NCBI RefSeq assembly: GCF_047633235.1
Contig: NZ_JBLIET010000014.1
Span: 1,448 to 65,447, forward strand
Length of the DNA: 64,000 bases
Reading direction: 5' to 3'
Source: Psychroserpens sp.
GTDB taxonomy: Bacteria > Bacteroidota > Bacteroidia > Flavobacteriales > Flavobacteriaceae
In this document: positions 9,633 to 19,533 of the stretch, piece after piece
Numbering within the stretch: position 1 is the first letter of the stretch
Layout: the number at the start of each line of letters is the position of its first letter
Translations under genes and position numbers: made by a program
The notes under the pieces: model-generated
What the model was told of the DNA's origin: nothing
What the model saw: the letters and a program-made list of their open reading frames with translations, nothing else
Databases searched by the model: none

Positions 9633-10520
9633 ATGGAAAAATATATAGACCTCATAAAAAACTCCTATTCGGGTTACTGGAATTATTTGAAGAATGAAAT
9701 TCTACTTCAAAATAATTGGGATAACTATTTTTATGGATTAATCGCAATTTCGATTGTTGTTTGGTTGTTGGAAGGATTATTTCCATGGAGAAAAAACCAA
9801 GGTGTGTTCAGAAAAGACTTTTGGTTGGACACCTTTTACATGTTCTTCAATTTCTTTATTCTTAATTTAATTCTACTTATCGCTTTATCAAATACGGTAT
9901 CAGAATTTTTAAATGATATATTAGAAGGCATAGGGCTTTCATTATCTAGCTTGCAACTCTTTGACTCTACAGATTTACCGAAGTGGTTAGGTCTTTTCAT
10001 TTTCTTTCTAATTAATGATTTTGTACAATGGAACACACATCGCTTATTACACCGTGTCCCATGGCTTTGGAATTTCCATAAAGTACATCACAGCGTAAAA
10101 GAAATGGGATTTGCTGCCCATTTACGCTATCATTGGATGGAACCTGTGGTTTATAATTCTATTAGATATATTCCTCTCGCAATCATTGCTAATTACAGCT
10201 CACAAGATGTTGCTATTGTGTATTTCTTTTCTATCGCCATTGGTCATCTCAACCACGCAAATTTGGGTTGGGACTATGGACCATTGAAATATATTTTTAA
10301 TAATCCGAAGATGCATATATGGCATCATGCAAAAGAACTCCCTAATCATGTTAGTTTTGGTGTGAATTACGGACTAACACTAAGTATTTGGGATTATCTC
10401 TTTAAAACAGACTATGTACCTCATGATGGACGAGACATAGAGATTGGCTTTAAAGGTGATGAACACTTCCCAAAAGATTTTTTACACCAAGAATTATATC
10501 CGCTTAAAACCAAAATATAA
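9633..10520 (+). CDS. Fatty acid hydroxylase / sterol desaturase superfamily membrane di-iron enzyme
   Basis: His boxes HRLLH, HKVHHS and HIWHH, with several TM segments. Confidence 0.85.
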   Translation: MEKYIDLIKNSYSGYWNYLKNEILLQNNWDNYFYGLIAISIVVWLLEGLFPWRKNQGVFRKDFWLDTFYMFFNFFILNLILLIALSNTVSEFLNDILEGIGLSLSSLQLFDSTDLPKWLGLFIFFLINDFVQWNTHRLLHRVPWLWNFHKVHHSVKEMGFAAHLRYHWMEPVVYNSIRYIPLAIIANYSSQDVAIVYFFSIAIGHLNHANLGWDYGPLKYIFNNPKMHIWHHAKELPNHVSFGVNYGLTLSIWDYLFKTDYVPHDGRDIEIGFKGDEHFPKDFLHQELYPLKTKI

Positions 10521-10558
10521 GGTTTACCATAAGTGCTTATAATACCTAAAACTAAAAG

Positions 10559-11452
10559 ATGGAGTATTCAAATTATTTTATTGCAATTGTGATTTCTACT
10601 TTTTTGTGTAGTTGTTTTTCTGCAAAAGGACTTCCTATCAAAGAAGTCAAAGGCGAAACAATAATACAAACTGAAACGAAAGAGGACATAGAAACTGAAA
10701 TTGAAGACAGCACGGAATCCATAGAGGGCAAAACGGAAGGCGCAGTCGAACTAGGCGTTGAAATTCAAGATGATGTACAGACAGATTATGTGACTATTAA
10801 TCCACTTTTAGATCATTCAACCTGGGATGCTTTATTAAAAAAACATGTTGCAGACAATGGCGATGTTGCTTATAAAGGTTTTAAAAACGATATTCAAAAA
10901 TTAAATAAGTATGTCACTTATTTGGCTTCACAAATACCTACTGAAAGTTGGAGTATAAACGAGCAGTTGGCTTATTTCATAAATGTTTACAATGCTAACA
11001 CGATTAAACTTATCGCAGATAATTATCCTACAAAAAGCATAAAAGACATTAATAATCCTTGGATGAAAAACAGACTAAAGATAGGAGACAAGGATTATTC
11101 TTTAGCCGATATTGAAAATGGAATTCTTCGGAAAATGAATGAGCCAAGAATTCATTTTGCTATTAATTGTGCGTCTTTTTCTTGTCCAAAATTATTGAAT
11201 ACTGCTTATACAGCAAACAATGTTCAAGACCTTATGGAACGAGCAACCTTAGAATTTATTAATAATGTTAATAAAAACAAACTCACTACAAACGCTCCAA
11301 AAATTTCAGAAATCTTTAAATGGTATAAGAGTGATTTCACTGAGAACGGTTCTGTAATCGATTATATCAATAGATATGCAACTACTAAAACTTCAGCAGA
11401 CACTAAAGTTCAATATATTGATTATAACTGGAATTTAAATGAACAAAACTAG
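10559..11452 (+). CDS. DUF547 domain lipoprotein
   Basis: Lipobox-like FLCSC. An acidic linker is followed by the DUF547 core: AYFINVYNANTIKLI, EPRIHFAINCASFSCPKL. Confidence 0.8.
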   Translation: MEYSNYFIAIVISTFLCSCFSAKGLPIKEVKGETIIQTETKEDIETEIEDSTESIEGKTEGAVELGVEIQDDVQTDYVTINPLLDHSTWDALLKKHVADNGDVAYKGFKNDIQKLNKYVTYLASQIPTESWSINEQLAYFINVYNANTIKLIADNYPTKSIKDINNPWMKNRLKIGDKDYSLADIENGILRKMNEPRIHFAINCASFSCPKLLNTAYTANNVQDLMERATLEFINNVNKNKLTTNAPKISEIFKWYKSDFTENGSVIDYINRYATTKTSADTKVQYIDYNWNLNEQN

Positions 11453-11479
11453 GTACCGTATTTTTGCGTAGATAAAAAT

Positions 11480-12169
11480 ATGATAAGCATTATTATTCCC
11501 ATTTTAAACGAAGCTAAAACAATTGAAGATCTCCTTTTTCATGTTATAGACCATTCGTCGTTGGAGACTATTTCAGAAATCATAGTCGTTGATGGCCAAA
11601 GTACTGATGGATCACAAGAGATTATTAAGCGTTTAGGATTAAGGATTAAACTACTCTCATCTCCAAAAGGGAGAGCGAAGCAAATGAATCTTGGTGCAAA
11701 AGCAGCTTCTGGAGACATTCTTTACTTCTTGCATGCGGATTCTTTTCCGCCTTTACATTTTGATAAATTAATTATTTCCGAAGTAAAAAAAGGCAACAAC
11801 GCTGGATGTTTTCGTTTAAAATTCGACAGCAATCATTGGTGGTTGCGATTAGCGGGTTGGCTTACACAATTTTCATGGAGAGCTTGTCGTGGTGGTGATC
11901 AGAGTCAGTTTGTTACAAGAGCCCTTTTTGATGAGATTGGTGGTTTTGATGAGAATTTCACCATTTATGAAGATAACGTATTAATTAACGAACTCTATGC
12001 TAGAAAGGAATTTGTGGTCATCAATAAAAAAATAGTAACCTCAGCAAGACTCTATCGTAAACATGGTATTTGGAAACTACAATACCACTTTTGGATGATA
12101 TATGTGAAGAAATGGTTGGGAGCTAGCGCAGATGATTTGTGTGCTTACTATAAGAAGTATATTGGTTGA
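11480..12169 (+). CDS. GT2 glycosyltransferase, TIGR04283-like
   Basis: ISIIIPILNE, VVDGQSTDGS, GRAKQMNLGA, LYFLHADS and YEDNVLI fit the TIGR04283 pattern. Confidence 0.8.
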   Translation: MISIIIPILNEAKTIEDLLFHVIDHSSLETISEIIVVDGQSTDGSQEIIKRLGLRIKLLSSPKGRAKQMNLGAKAASGDILYFLHADSFPPLHFDKLIISEVKKGNNAGCFRLKFDSNHWWLRLAGWLTQFSWRACRGGDQSQFVTRALFDEIGGFDENFTIYEDNVLINELYARKEFVVINKKIVTSARLYRKHGIWKLQYHFWMIYVKKWLGASADDLCAYYKKYIG

Positions 12170-12172
12170 TTA

Positions 12173-12901
12173 TTACTTATTACGTCCTAATTCATTTGGA
12201 TACAAGGTATAAACAGTCTCACTTTGAAACATTTCCTTCGTTTCTAAATCCATAGCAGATAATTTTCCTTTAAAAGCGGCTCCTGTATCCACATTCCAAA
12301 CATTAATAGCTTTCATAGGCTGGCTTTGTTTAAAATTGGTTGTAGGTGTATGACCAATGTAAATTTCATGGTAATGTTTGAGTCGGTTTGGATACAACTC
12401 AGACTGTTTGTCAATATGCTTATCCATAGTCAAGGCCATTTCCCAAAGCGTACGGTCAAAGTAGAAATTCTCTTTATGTATTTCTCTTTCCACGCCATAC
12501 CCTGAAGTAAATCCTGCATGAAGAAACAACCGGTTATCGTTATCAATATGATAGAGTTGCATGTCTTCAAAAAAATATAAATGTTGTTTCTTATCTGCTT
12601 CGGAAAACCCATCATAACTGTCGACAGTTTCTTTTCCTCCATGTGCTAGCCAAACTGAATCACCATCTCCTGTTCGCAACCAATCTGCACACCAAACATC
12701 GTGATTACCTTTAATAAAAACACAGTCATTAGTCTTGGATAACTCAATTAAATATTGAATTACTTGAGCAGATTCACTCCAGCCATCTACATAATCGCCA
12801 ACAAAAATTAGCCTATCGTCTTTGGTCACCTTCGCAATCTCTATAAGTTGCGTGAGTGCTTTTAAACCTCCATGAATATCTCCAATAACTAATGTTCGCA
12901 T
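12173..12901 (-). CDS. PPP-family metallophosphoesterase (Ser/Thr phosphatase or ApaH-like)
   Basis: Canonical motifs GDIHG, GDYVDGW, GNHD and GHT. Confidence 0.85.
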   Translation of the reverse strand: MRTLVIGDIHGGLKALTQLIEIAKVTKDDRLIFVGDYVDGWSESAQVIQYLIELSKTNDCVFIKGNHDVWCADWLRTGDGDSVWLAHGGKETVDSYDGFSEADKKQHLYFFEDMQLYHIDNDNRLFLHAGFTSGYGVEREIHKENFYFDRTLWEMALTMDKHIDKQSELYPNRLKHYHEIYIGHTPTTNFKQSQPMKAINVWNVDTGAAFKGKLSAMDLETKEMFQSETVYTLYPNELGRNK

Positions 12902-12931
12902 AGTCCTTTTTATATATACAAATTTAGGATA

Positions 12932-13939
12932 CTATTTAGATTTATAAAAGGATTGAATCACAAATTCAACAGGTTTGTTTTGAGGTGTAAATTGATTGTC
13001 TTTCTCGCCTCCTACTTTGTTATGAGCATGAAACCATTTCCAAACGAAACCTCCAGCAAACCAGTCCTCATTCCAAAATTCTTCAAATAAGGCCTGTGTT
13101 GCGTTTGATTGTCCTTCAAAATTCAAAGACGTTAAGGTATGATCACTTTGCCATGGCTCTTTTCCTGTAAAATCTACACTTCGATAACCATATTCAGTAA
13201 ATAAAATAGGTCTATCGTATTTTTCAGAGACCGATTTGATCAGCGTTTTATGATCTTTCCATCCAGCTTTACAATTTGCAACACTTGGTGTTTGATTATC
13301 GCTGACTGGGAAATAAGCATCAACTCCAATAAAATCTAATGCTCCCCAAAATGGCGTACGTTTAAACTCATCCCAATTGGCAGCATAGGTTAGTTTTCCT
13401 TTATAAATAGTTTTAATTTTAATAATTAAATTATGCCAATAGTCTGGACGTGCCTTAACGAAATTGTCTAATTCTGTACCAATACACAAAATTTCGGCTT
13501 TGGTTTCTTGTGCTAACTCTGCATATTCTAAAATAAAGCTAGTGTAGGAGCCTTCTAAAGCTTTCCAATTCTCCTCATTGGTCATTTTAATGAGACCTGT
13601 AAACTCACCATTCCAAACCCAAATTTGAGGTTTAACCATTATTTTAATGTCCTTTTTCCTTAACTCCTCAATATATTGCTTACCTCCTGATCTGGTTTCA
13701 CCAAACCATTGTCTGTCTGTATTATGAATAATTTCGGGATGATCTAGATTTTTTAAAAAACCAAAAGGCATAATCGCTGCATAATTAGCACCAACATTGA
13801 CCACTGGATTTGTATGTGTATCTTCAATAGCTTCTCTAGCAGCTACAAAGCTAACTCCATTAATTTTTTCTGAAGTCGCTTTCGACACTGCACAGCCATT
13901 GAGTAAAAACAAAACGCAGAAAACAAAAATTATTCTCAT
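12932..13939 (-). CDS. Putative TIM-barrel glycoside hydrolase (clan GH-A-like), secreted lipoprotein
   Basis: Signal/lipobox LFLLNGC. CIGTELD and LFTEYGY resemble acid/base and nucleophile strands of GH-A enzymes. The family could not be assigned by eye. Confidence 0.5.
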   Translation of the reverse strand: MRIIFVFCVLFLLNGCAVSKATSEKINGVSFVAAREAIEDTHTNPVVNVGANYAAIMPFGFLKNLDHPEIIHNTDRQWFGETRSGGKQYIEELRKKDIKIMVKPQIWVWNGEFTGLIKMTNEENWKALEGSYTSFILEYAELAQETKAEILCIGTELDNFVKARPDYWHNLIIKIKTIYKGKLTYAANWDEFKRTPFWGALDFIGVDAYFPVSDNQTPSVANCKAGWKDHKTLIKSVSEKYDRPILFTEYGYRSVDFTGKEPWQSDHTLTSLNFEGQSNATQALFEEFWNEDWFAGGFVWKWFHAHNKVGGEKDNQFTPQNKPVEFVIQSFYKSK

Positions 13940-14057
13940 ACCAAAGATTTAATGTATAAATTTAAACAAAATGTCACAGGTTTATTAAGGTTTTAACAAA
14001 ACCTTCGACTGACCCGTCACAACAACCAATAGTTACCTGACTTCTCGGGCATTCAAA

Positions 14058-15401
14058 ATGGAACACATCGTCATAATAGGAAACGGAATTTCTGGTGTCA
14101 CCTTAGCAAGACACATTAGAAAACTTTCCGACAAGAAAATTACAATCATATCTGCAGAAACTGATTATTTCTTTTCTAGAACAGCAATCATGTATGTTTA
14201 TATGGGCCATATGAAATTTGAACACACGCAACCTTATGAAAATTGGTTTTGGAAAAAGAATAGAATTGAACTTCTAAAAGCCTATGTTCAAGAGGTTGAC
14301 ACAGACAACAAAGTAGTACAATTTGCTGATGGTGCACATCTCAATTACGATAAACTCATCATCGCAACTGGCAGTAAACCGAATAAATTTGGATGGCCTG
14401 GACAAGATTTAGATGGTGTCATAGGAATGTATCACAAGCAGGATTTAGATCGTCTGGAAGTTCTGGCTCCAAATAACAAAGTTTGTAATCGTGCTGTCAT
14501 TGTTGGTGGTGGTTTAATTGGCATTGAACTAGCAGAAATGCTGAATTCCAGAAAAATTCCTGTTACTTTTTTAGTGCGAGAAGATAGTTTTTGGAATGGT
14601 GTATTACCCGAAGGTGAGAGCCAAATGATTAATAATCATATTAAAAATCACCATATAGATTTGCGTTTATCTACTAATTTAAAAGAAATAAAAAGTGATG
14701 AGAATGGTCGTGTTACATCTGTTATCCTAGAAGAAACTGGAGAAGAACTCGCTTGTAATGTTGTTGGATTAACAGCAGGTGTAACGCCAAACATAGATTT
14801 CTTAAAATCTTCAAAAATAGAATTGGGACGTGGTGTAAAAGTGAATCGTTTTTTAGAAACCAATATTAAAGATGTATTTGCTATTGGTGATTGTGCTGAG
14901 CAACATGAAGCCATTGGAAACCGCAGATCTATTGAAGCTGTTTGGTATACAGGACGAATGATGGGAGAGACTTTAGCTCAAACTATTTGTAGTAATCGTA
15001 TAGAATACAAACCTGGACATTGGTTTAACTCTGCTAAATTTTTAGATATAGAATATCAAACTTATGGCTGGGTATTTGCAAAACCAAAAGATTATGAAAC
15101 TCATTTTCATTGGAAACATCATAAAGAAGATATTTGCATTACGGCTGCTTTCCATAAAGACACTAATGAATTTTTAGGAATAAACACTTTCGGAATTAGA
15201 ATGCGTCACGAAATTTTTGACAAGTGGCTCACTGAAAAACGAGATATGAATCATGTAATGAGTTATTTGAAAGATGCTAATTTTGATCCAGAATTTTATA
15301 AAGTTTATGAAAGCGACATTCTAAAACAATACAACACTACATTTAACACCAATCTTACAACACAAAAAAAGAGTTGGAAACGCATTTTTAGTAAGGCCTA
15401 A
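14058..15401 (+). CDS. NAD(P)/FAD-dependent pyridine-nucleotide-disulfide-type oxidoreductase
   Basis: Two Rossmann motifs (VIIGNGISGV and VIVGGGLIGIELAE) and the FAD-end motif FAIGDCA. Confidence 0.85.
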   Translation: MEHIVIIGNGISGVTLARHIRKLSDKKITIISAETDYFFSRTAIMYVYMGHMKFEHTQPYENWFWKKNRIELLKAYVQEVDTDNKVVQFADGAHLNYDKLIIATGSKPNKFGWPGQDLDGVIGMYHKQDLDRLEVLAPNNKVCNRAVIVGGGLIGIELAEMLNSRKIPVTFLVREDSFWNGVLPEGESQMINNHIKNHHIDLRLSTNLKEIKSDENGRVTSVILEETGEELACNVVGLTAGVTPNIDFLKSSKIELGRGVKVNRFLETNIKDVFAIGDCAEQHEAIGNRRSIEAVWYTGRMMGETLAQTICSNRIEYKPGHWFNSAKFLDIEYQTYGWVFAKPKDYETHFHWKHHKEDICITAAFHKDTNEFLGINTFGIRMRHEIFDKWLTEKRDMNHVMSYLKDANFDPEFYKVYESDILKQYNTTFNTNLTTQKKSWKRIFSKA

Positions 15402-15529
15402 ATAAAACGTTTTCAATTTTATCGAATTATACAAGCGCACAAAACGAGCATGTTAAGAGCATTATCACCCAAGAGAATGATCAATTGCGAACAGCATGTG
15501 ACCGTTAAAAAAACAATATATAAAAACAC

Positions 15530-17110
15530 ATGAAAGCAATTAAAAATACAGGATTGGTTATCTTCTTTATAGGATTAGCCATTTTCACCGCTTTACCACT
15601 ATTAGGAACCTTCAACTTAAAGGAAGCCAGTTTTAACACCATCATTAAAGAACAGAAAATTGAAAGCGATGTTTTTATAAACGATATAAAATCAAACATC
15701 GTAGGTCTGGACTTTAAAGGGATGCAGGCCTTATCTCCTAAAATCTCTAAAGCGTTAGACAAGGCGAATGAGACGCACACAAAAAACAAGGAATGGGATA
15801 AAAAAATATATACCAAATCTAGCGATATGACTGCTTTTATTGGTAAGAAATCTGCTAACGGATTTATTGCTAATAATAAAGGATTGATGTGGTTATTAAC
15901 CTTTGGCTTAGGAATCATAGGTGCATTAATGTTCATACTACCAAACGTCATTTTACTCGGGAAAAAAGGCATAAAAAATGATGGTATTTATCATCAAAGT
16001 GCTACAAATCGAGGTTGGATTGGCTGGCTGGTTTTTATCTTTTTAGTATCGTTTTATTTAGTCCTTTATTTTGCATCAGAATATGCGACCAATTGGACAC
16101 TTTTGGTAGATCCAATTAGTGAGGCCTTAAGTGGAAATCTTGCTGGACACTGGTTTGTTTATGGCTTTATGTATTGCACAGTCATGACAGTAATGGCGGT
16201 AAGAATGTATATAAAATACCGTCATAATATTTATCAAGTCTTTAGAACTACATCGGTTTTATTCTTTCAAATTGTATTTGCATTTATCATTCCTGAAATT
16301 ATGGTAAGACTGCAAATGCCCTATTACGATTTCAAAAATGCCTTCCCTTTAGATTACGATTTCTTTTTTCAATGGAATTTAAAAGAGCTAACTAACACTG
16401 GTGGCATAGGAATTTTTATTCTAGTTTGGGGAATTGTTCTCACTTTAGTTGTTGTTCCTGTAATGGTCTATTTCTTTGGTAAACGATGGTACTGTTCTTG
16501 GGTTTGTGGTTGTGGTGGCTTGGCAGAAACACTTGGTGACCCATATAGGCAGCACTCAGACAAATCATTATTTGCATGGAAAGTTGAACGTTATTTAGTC
16601 CATGGCGTTTTAGTCTTTGTTATCGTAATGACTGCTATGACTCTGTATAGTTTTTTTAGTGATACAGGCACTGTTTTAGGCATTAAAACATCCACTGTAC
16701 AAAGCATTTACAGTTTAGTCATAGGCTCTGTTTTTGCTGGAGTAATTGGCACAGGTTTCTATCCTATTTTTGGAAATCGCGTTTGGTGTCGTTTTGGTTG
16801 TCCACTTGCTGCATATTTAGGGTTTGTACAACGTTTTAAATCAAAATTTAGAATTACAACCAATGGTGGACAATGTATTTCTTGCGGAAATTGTTCTACT
16901 TATTGTGAAATGGGAATTGATGTGAGAGCTTATGCCCAAAAAGGAGAAAACATAGTGCGTTCTAGTTGTGTTGGCTGTGGTGTTTGCAGTGCTGTTTGTC
17001 CGCGTGGTGTTTTAAAATTAGAGAATGGTCCCGAAGATGGACGAATTAATCCTACAGAAATACTTTTAGGTAATGATGTAGACTTAATGGACCTTGTTAA
17101 TCAAAAATAA
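15530..17110 (+). CDS. Membrane-bound polyferredoxin (NapH/YccM-like 4Fe-4S protein)
   Basis: Multiple TM helices. Motifs are CSWVCGCGG, WCRFGCPL (CX3CP type), and ferredoxin motifs CISCGNCSTYC and CVGCGVCSAVCP. Confidence 0.8.
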   Translation: MKAIKNTGLVIFFIGLAIFTALPLLGTFNLKEASFNTIIKEQKIESDVFINDIKSNIVGLDFKGMQALSPKISKALDKANETHTKNKEWDKKIYTKSSDMTAFIGKKSANGFIANNKGLMWLLTFGLGIIGALMFILPNVILLGKKGIKNDGIYHQSATNRGWIGWLVFIFLVSFYLVLYFASEYATNWTLLVDPISEALSGNLAGHWFVYGFMYCTVMTVMAVRMYIKYRHNIYQVFRTTSVLFFQIVFAFIIPEIMVRLQMPYYDFKNAFPLDYDFFFQWNLKELTNTGGIGIFILVWGIVLTLVVVPVMVYFFGKRWYCSWVCGCGGLAETLGDPYRQHSDKSLFAWKVERYLVHGVLVFVIVMTAMTLYSFFSDTGTVLGIKTSTVQSIYSLVIGSVFAGVIGTGFYPIFGNRVWCRFGCPLAAYLGFVQRFKSKFRITTNGGQCISCGNCSTYCEMGIDVRAYAQKGENIVRSSCVGCGVCSAVCPRGVLKLENGPEDGRINPTEILLGNDVDLMDLVNQK

Positions 17111-17347
17111 GTTTTCGGTCGCAGTTTCAGTTTTCAGGTGTACTCAGATGCATAGGTTTAACTTGACTTAAAACAATGTTTATTTCTGAAATATGCTTGG
17201 CACAAACCAGTACCTCAAAAGTAAAAAGTTGGTAAGTTTCAAAATTTCAGAAGAAAAAAAATTAGATATCATTTTAAAAAAATAATATAAAAACGGATAT
17301 TGCTTGTTATAAAATATTGCAATACCGAAAACAGTAAAAATCTTTAA

Positions 17348-18046
17348 ATGCCCAAGATAAAAGTTATCATCCCAGCTTATAATGAAGCAGATTCTATCGG
17401 TTTTGTCATCAAGAATATTCCAAGTATTGTTAATGAAATTATTGTCGTCAGTAACCACTCTAACGATGATACCGAAATCAATGCAAAAAACGCTGGAGCA
17501 ACAGTTCTTATTGAAAACAGGAGAGGTTATGGTTATGCCTGTTTAAAAGGCATGGATTATATCGCTAACTTAGAGAATGCTGAGCGTCCAGATATTATTG
17601 TCTTTCTAGATGGTGATTACAGTGATTACCCTGAGGAATTAACAAAAATAGTAGCTCCAATTCTAAACGAGAATATAGATTTTGTCATTGGATCACGAGT
17701 AAAAGAATTAAGAGAAAAAGGGTCGATGACTATTCCTCAAATCTTCGGAAATTGGTTAGCAACAACATTGATGTCTATTTTATTTAGAGCTAAGTTTACA
17801 GACTTAGGACCATTTAGAGCCATCAAGTATAATAAGCTTCTAGAATTAAAAATGGAAGACAAAACTTATGGCTGGACCGTTGAGATGCAGCTCAAGGCAT
17901 TACGTAAGAAATTTAGCTATATTGAAGTGCCTGTAAACTACAGAAATAGAATAGGTGTCTCAAAAGTTTCAGGTACGGTAAAAGGTGCTATATTTGCAGG
18001 CGTAAAAATCTTAGGTTGGATTTTTAAATACAGTTTTAAACAATGA
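17348..18046 (+). CDS. GT2 glycosyltransferase, DPM1/GtrB-like (polyprenyl-phosphate sugar synthase type)
   Basis: VIIPAYNE, the DxD in FLDGDYSD, and its size (232 aa) are typical of dolichyl/undecaprenyl-phosphate glycosyltransferases. Confidence 0.75.
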   Translation: MPKIKVIIPAYNEADSIGFVIKNIPSIVNEIIVVSNHSNDDTEINAKNAGATVLIENRRGYGYACLKGMDYIANLENAERPDIIVFLDGDYSDYPEELTKIVAPILNENIDFVIGSRVKELREKGSMTIPQIFGNWLATTLMSILFRAKFTDLGPFRAIKYNKLLELKMEDKTYGWTVEMQLKALRKKFSYIEVPVNYRNRIGVSKVSGTVKGAIFAGVKILGWIFKYSFKQ

Positions 18047-19533
18047 TTCTTGAAACGACAATTATAGTCATTTATACTATTGCTATCCTACTCATCTTCA
18101 TGTATGCGCTAGCGCAACTTAACTTGCTTTTTAATTATTTATCCTCTAAAAAAGCTAACATAGAATGTGACACATTTGACTTTTCTAATCCAGACGAAAT
18201 CCCACTAGTAACCATTCAGCTCCCTGTATTTAATGAGATGTATGTAATGGAGCGTTTGTTAGATAATATTGCGCTTATAGAGTACCCAAAAGACAAATTG
18301 GAAATTCAAGTGCTTGATGATTCTACAGATGAAACTGTAATAACGACTCGTAAGCACATAGAAAAACTTCAAAGTACAGGGTTAGATATTACACACATTA
18401 CTAGAATAGATCGCAGTGGATTTAAAGCGGGCGCACTTAAAGAAGGTCTTAAAATTGCTAAAGGTGAGTACATTGCTATTTTTGACGCCGATTTTCTTCC
18501 GCAGAAAGATTGGTTAAAACGTACCATACTTTATTTTAAAGACCCTCAAATTGGGGTTGTACAAACCCGTTGGGGACATATCAATAGAAATTACTCTATA
18601 CTAACAAAAATTCAGGCGTTTGCACTAGATGCACATTTTACTTTAGAGCAAGTAGGACGCAGTAGTAAAGGGCATTTTATTAATTTTAATGGTACTGCTG
18701 GAGTTTGGAGAAAAGAATGCATAATCGATGCTGGAAACTGGGAAGGTGACACCTTAACTGAAGATTTAGATTTGAGTTATAGAGCACAACTTAAAAACTG
18801 GAAATTCAAATATTTAGAAGATGTAGAAACGCCTGCCGAATTACCTGTGGTTATTAGTGCTGCGCGTTCACAGCAGTTTAGATGGAATAAAGGTGGTGCC
18901 GAAAACTTTAGAAAAATGTGTACTCGCGTTATCCTCTCAAATAATATATCTGCTAAAACTAAAGTACATGGATTACTTCATTTATTGAACAGTACGATGT
19001 TTTTAAATGTATTTCTTGTCGCTGTTTTGAGCATCCCTATGTTATACATCAAAAATGAATATGAACATTTGAGATTCTACTTTTACTTTATGAGTTTCTT
19101 TGTAATGAGTACCGTTATTTTCTTTGTTTGCTATTGGTTTATGTATAAAGAAATTTATGGAAGCGGATTCAAAAAATTCTTTAGTTACGTCGGTATGTTC
19201 TTTACTTTTTTCTCAATTGCTATGGGTTTTTCACTTCATAACTCAATTGCTGTCTTAGAAGGTCATGCTGGTAAGCGTAGTGAATTTGTGCGCACTCCAA
19301 AATTTAATATCAGTACACTTAAAGACTCTTGGAAAGATAACAAATATTTAAAGAAAAAAATATCACCTCATGTCATTCTTGAAGGGATCCTAATGTTGTA
19401 TTTTGCATTTGGCTTATATAGCGCTTTTGTTGTTGGTGATCAAGGTGGTGACTTTGGGTTATTCCCTTTTCACTTGATGCTGTTTATTGGGTTTGGTTAT
19501 GTCTTTTTCAAATCTATAACATCTAAGTTTTGA
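18043..19533 (+). CDS. Processive membrane GT2 synthase (cellulose-synthase / CslA-like)
   Basis: N-terminal TM segment. Motifs are LPVFNE, VLDDSTD, FDADF, TEDLDLS and QQFRWNKGG (QxxRW). A C-terminal TM bundle follows. An ATGA start/stop overlap links it to the upstream GT2. Confidence 0.85.
   Translation: MILETTIIVIYTIAILLIFMYALAQLNLLFNYLSSKKANIECDTFDFSNPDEIPLVTIQLPVFNEMYVMERLLDNIALIEYPKDKLEIQVLDDSTDETVITTRKHIEKLQSTGLDITHITRIDRSGFKAGALKEGLKIAKGEYIAIFDADFLPQKDWLKRTILYFKDPQIGVVQTRWGHINRNYSILTKIQAFALDAHFTLEQVGRSSKGHFINFNGTAGVWRKECIIDAGNWEGDTLTEDLDLSYRAQLKNWKFKYLEDVETPAELPVVISAARSQQFRWNKGGAENFRKMCTRVILSNNISAKTKVHGLLHLLNSTMFLNVFLVAVLSIPMLYIKNEYEHLRFYFYFMSFFVMSTVIFFVCYWFMYKEIYGSGFKKFFSYVGMFFTFFSIAMGFSLHNSIAVLEGHAGKRSEFVRTPKFNISTLKDSWKDNKYLKKKISPHVILEGILMLYFAFGLYSAFVVGDQGGDFGLFPFHLMLFIGFGYVFFKSITSKF

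Noticed and set aside
15505-15972. 155-aa minus-strand ORF overlapping the start of the polyferredoxin gene.
   Set aside because: It is antisense to a gene with strong Fe-S and TM motifs. It is hydrophobic only because it mirrors TM-coding sequence.
17198-17214. TGGCAC sequence resembling the -24 element of a sigma-54 promoter upstream of the GT2 operon.
   Set aside because: The expected TTGC -12 element is absent at the correct spacing. The sequence reads TGGCACAAACCAGTACC.
17180-17458. 92-aa minus-strand ORF in the intergenic region upstream of the GT2 operon.
   Set aside because: It is an AT-rich run-on frame that overlaps the GT2 start. The composition is Phe/Ile/Asn-rich and no domain is recognised.
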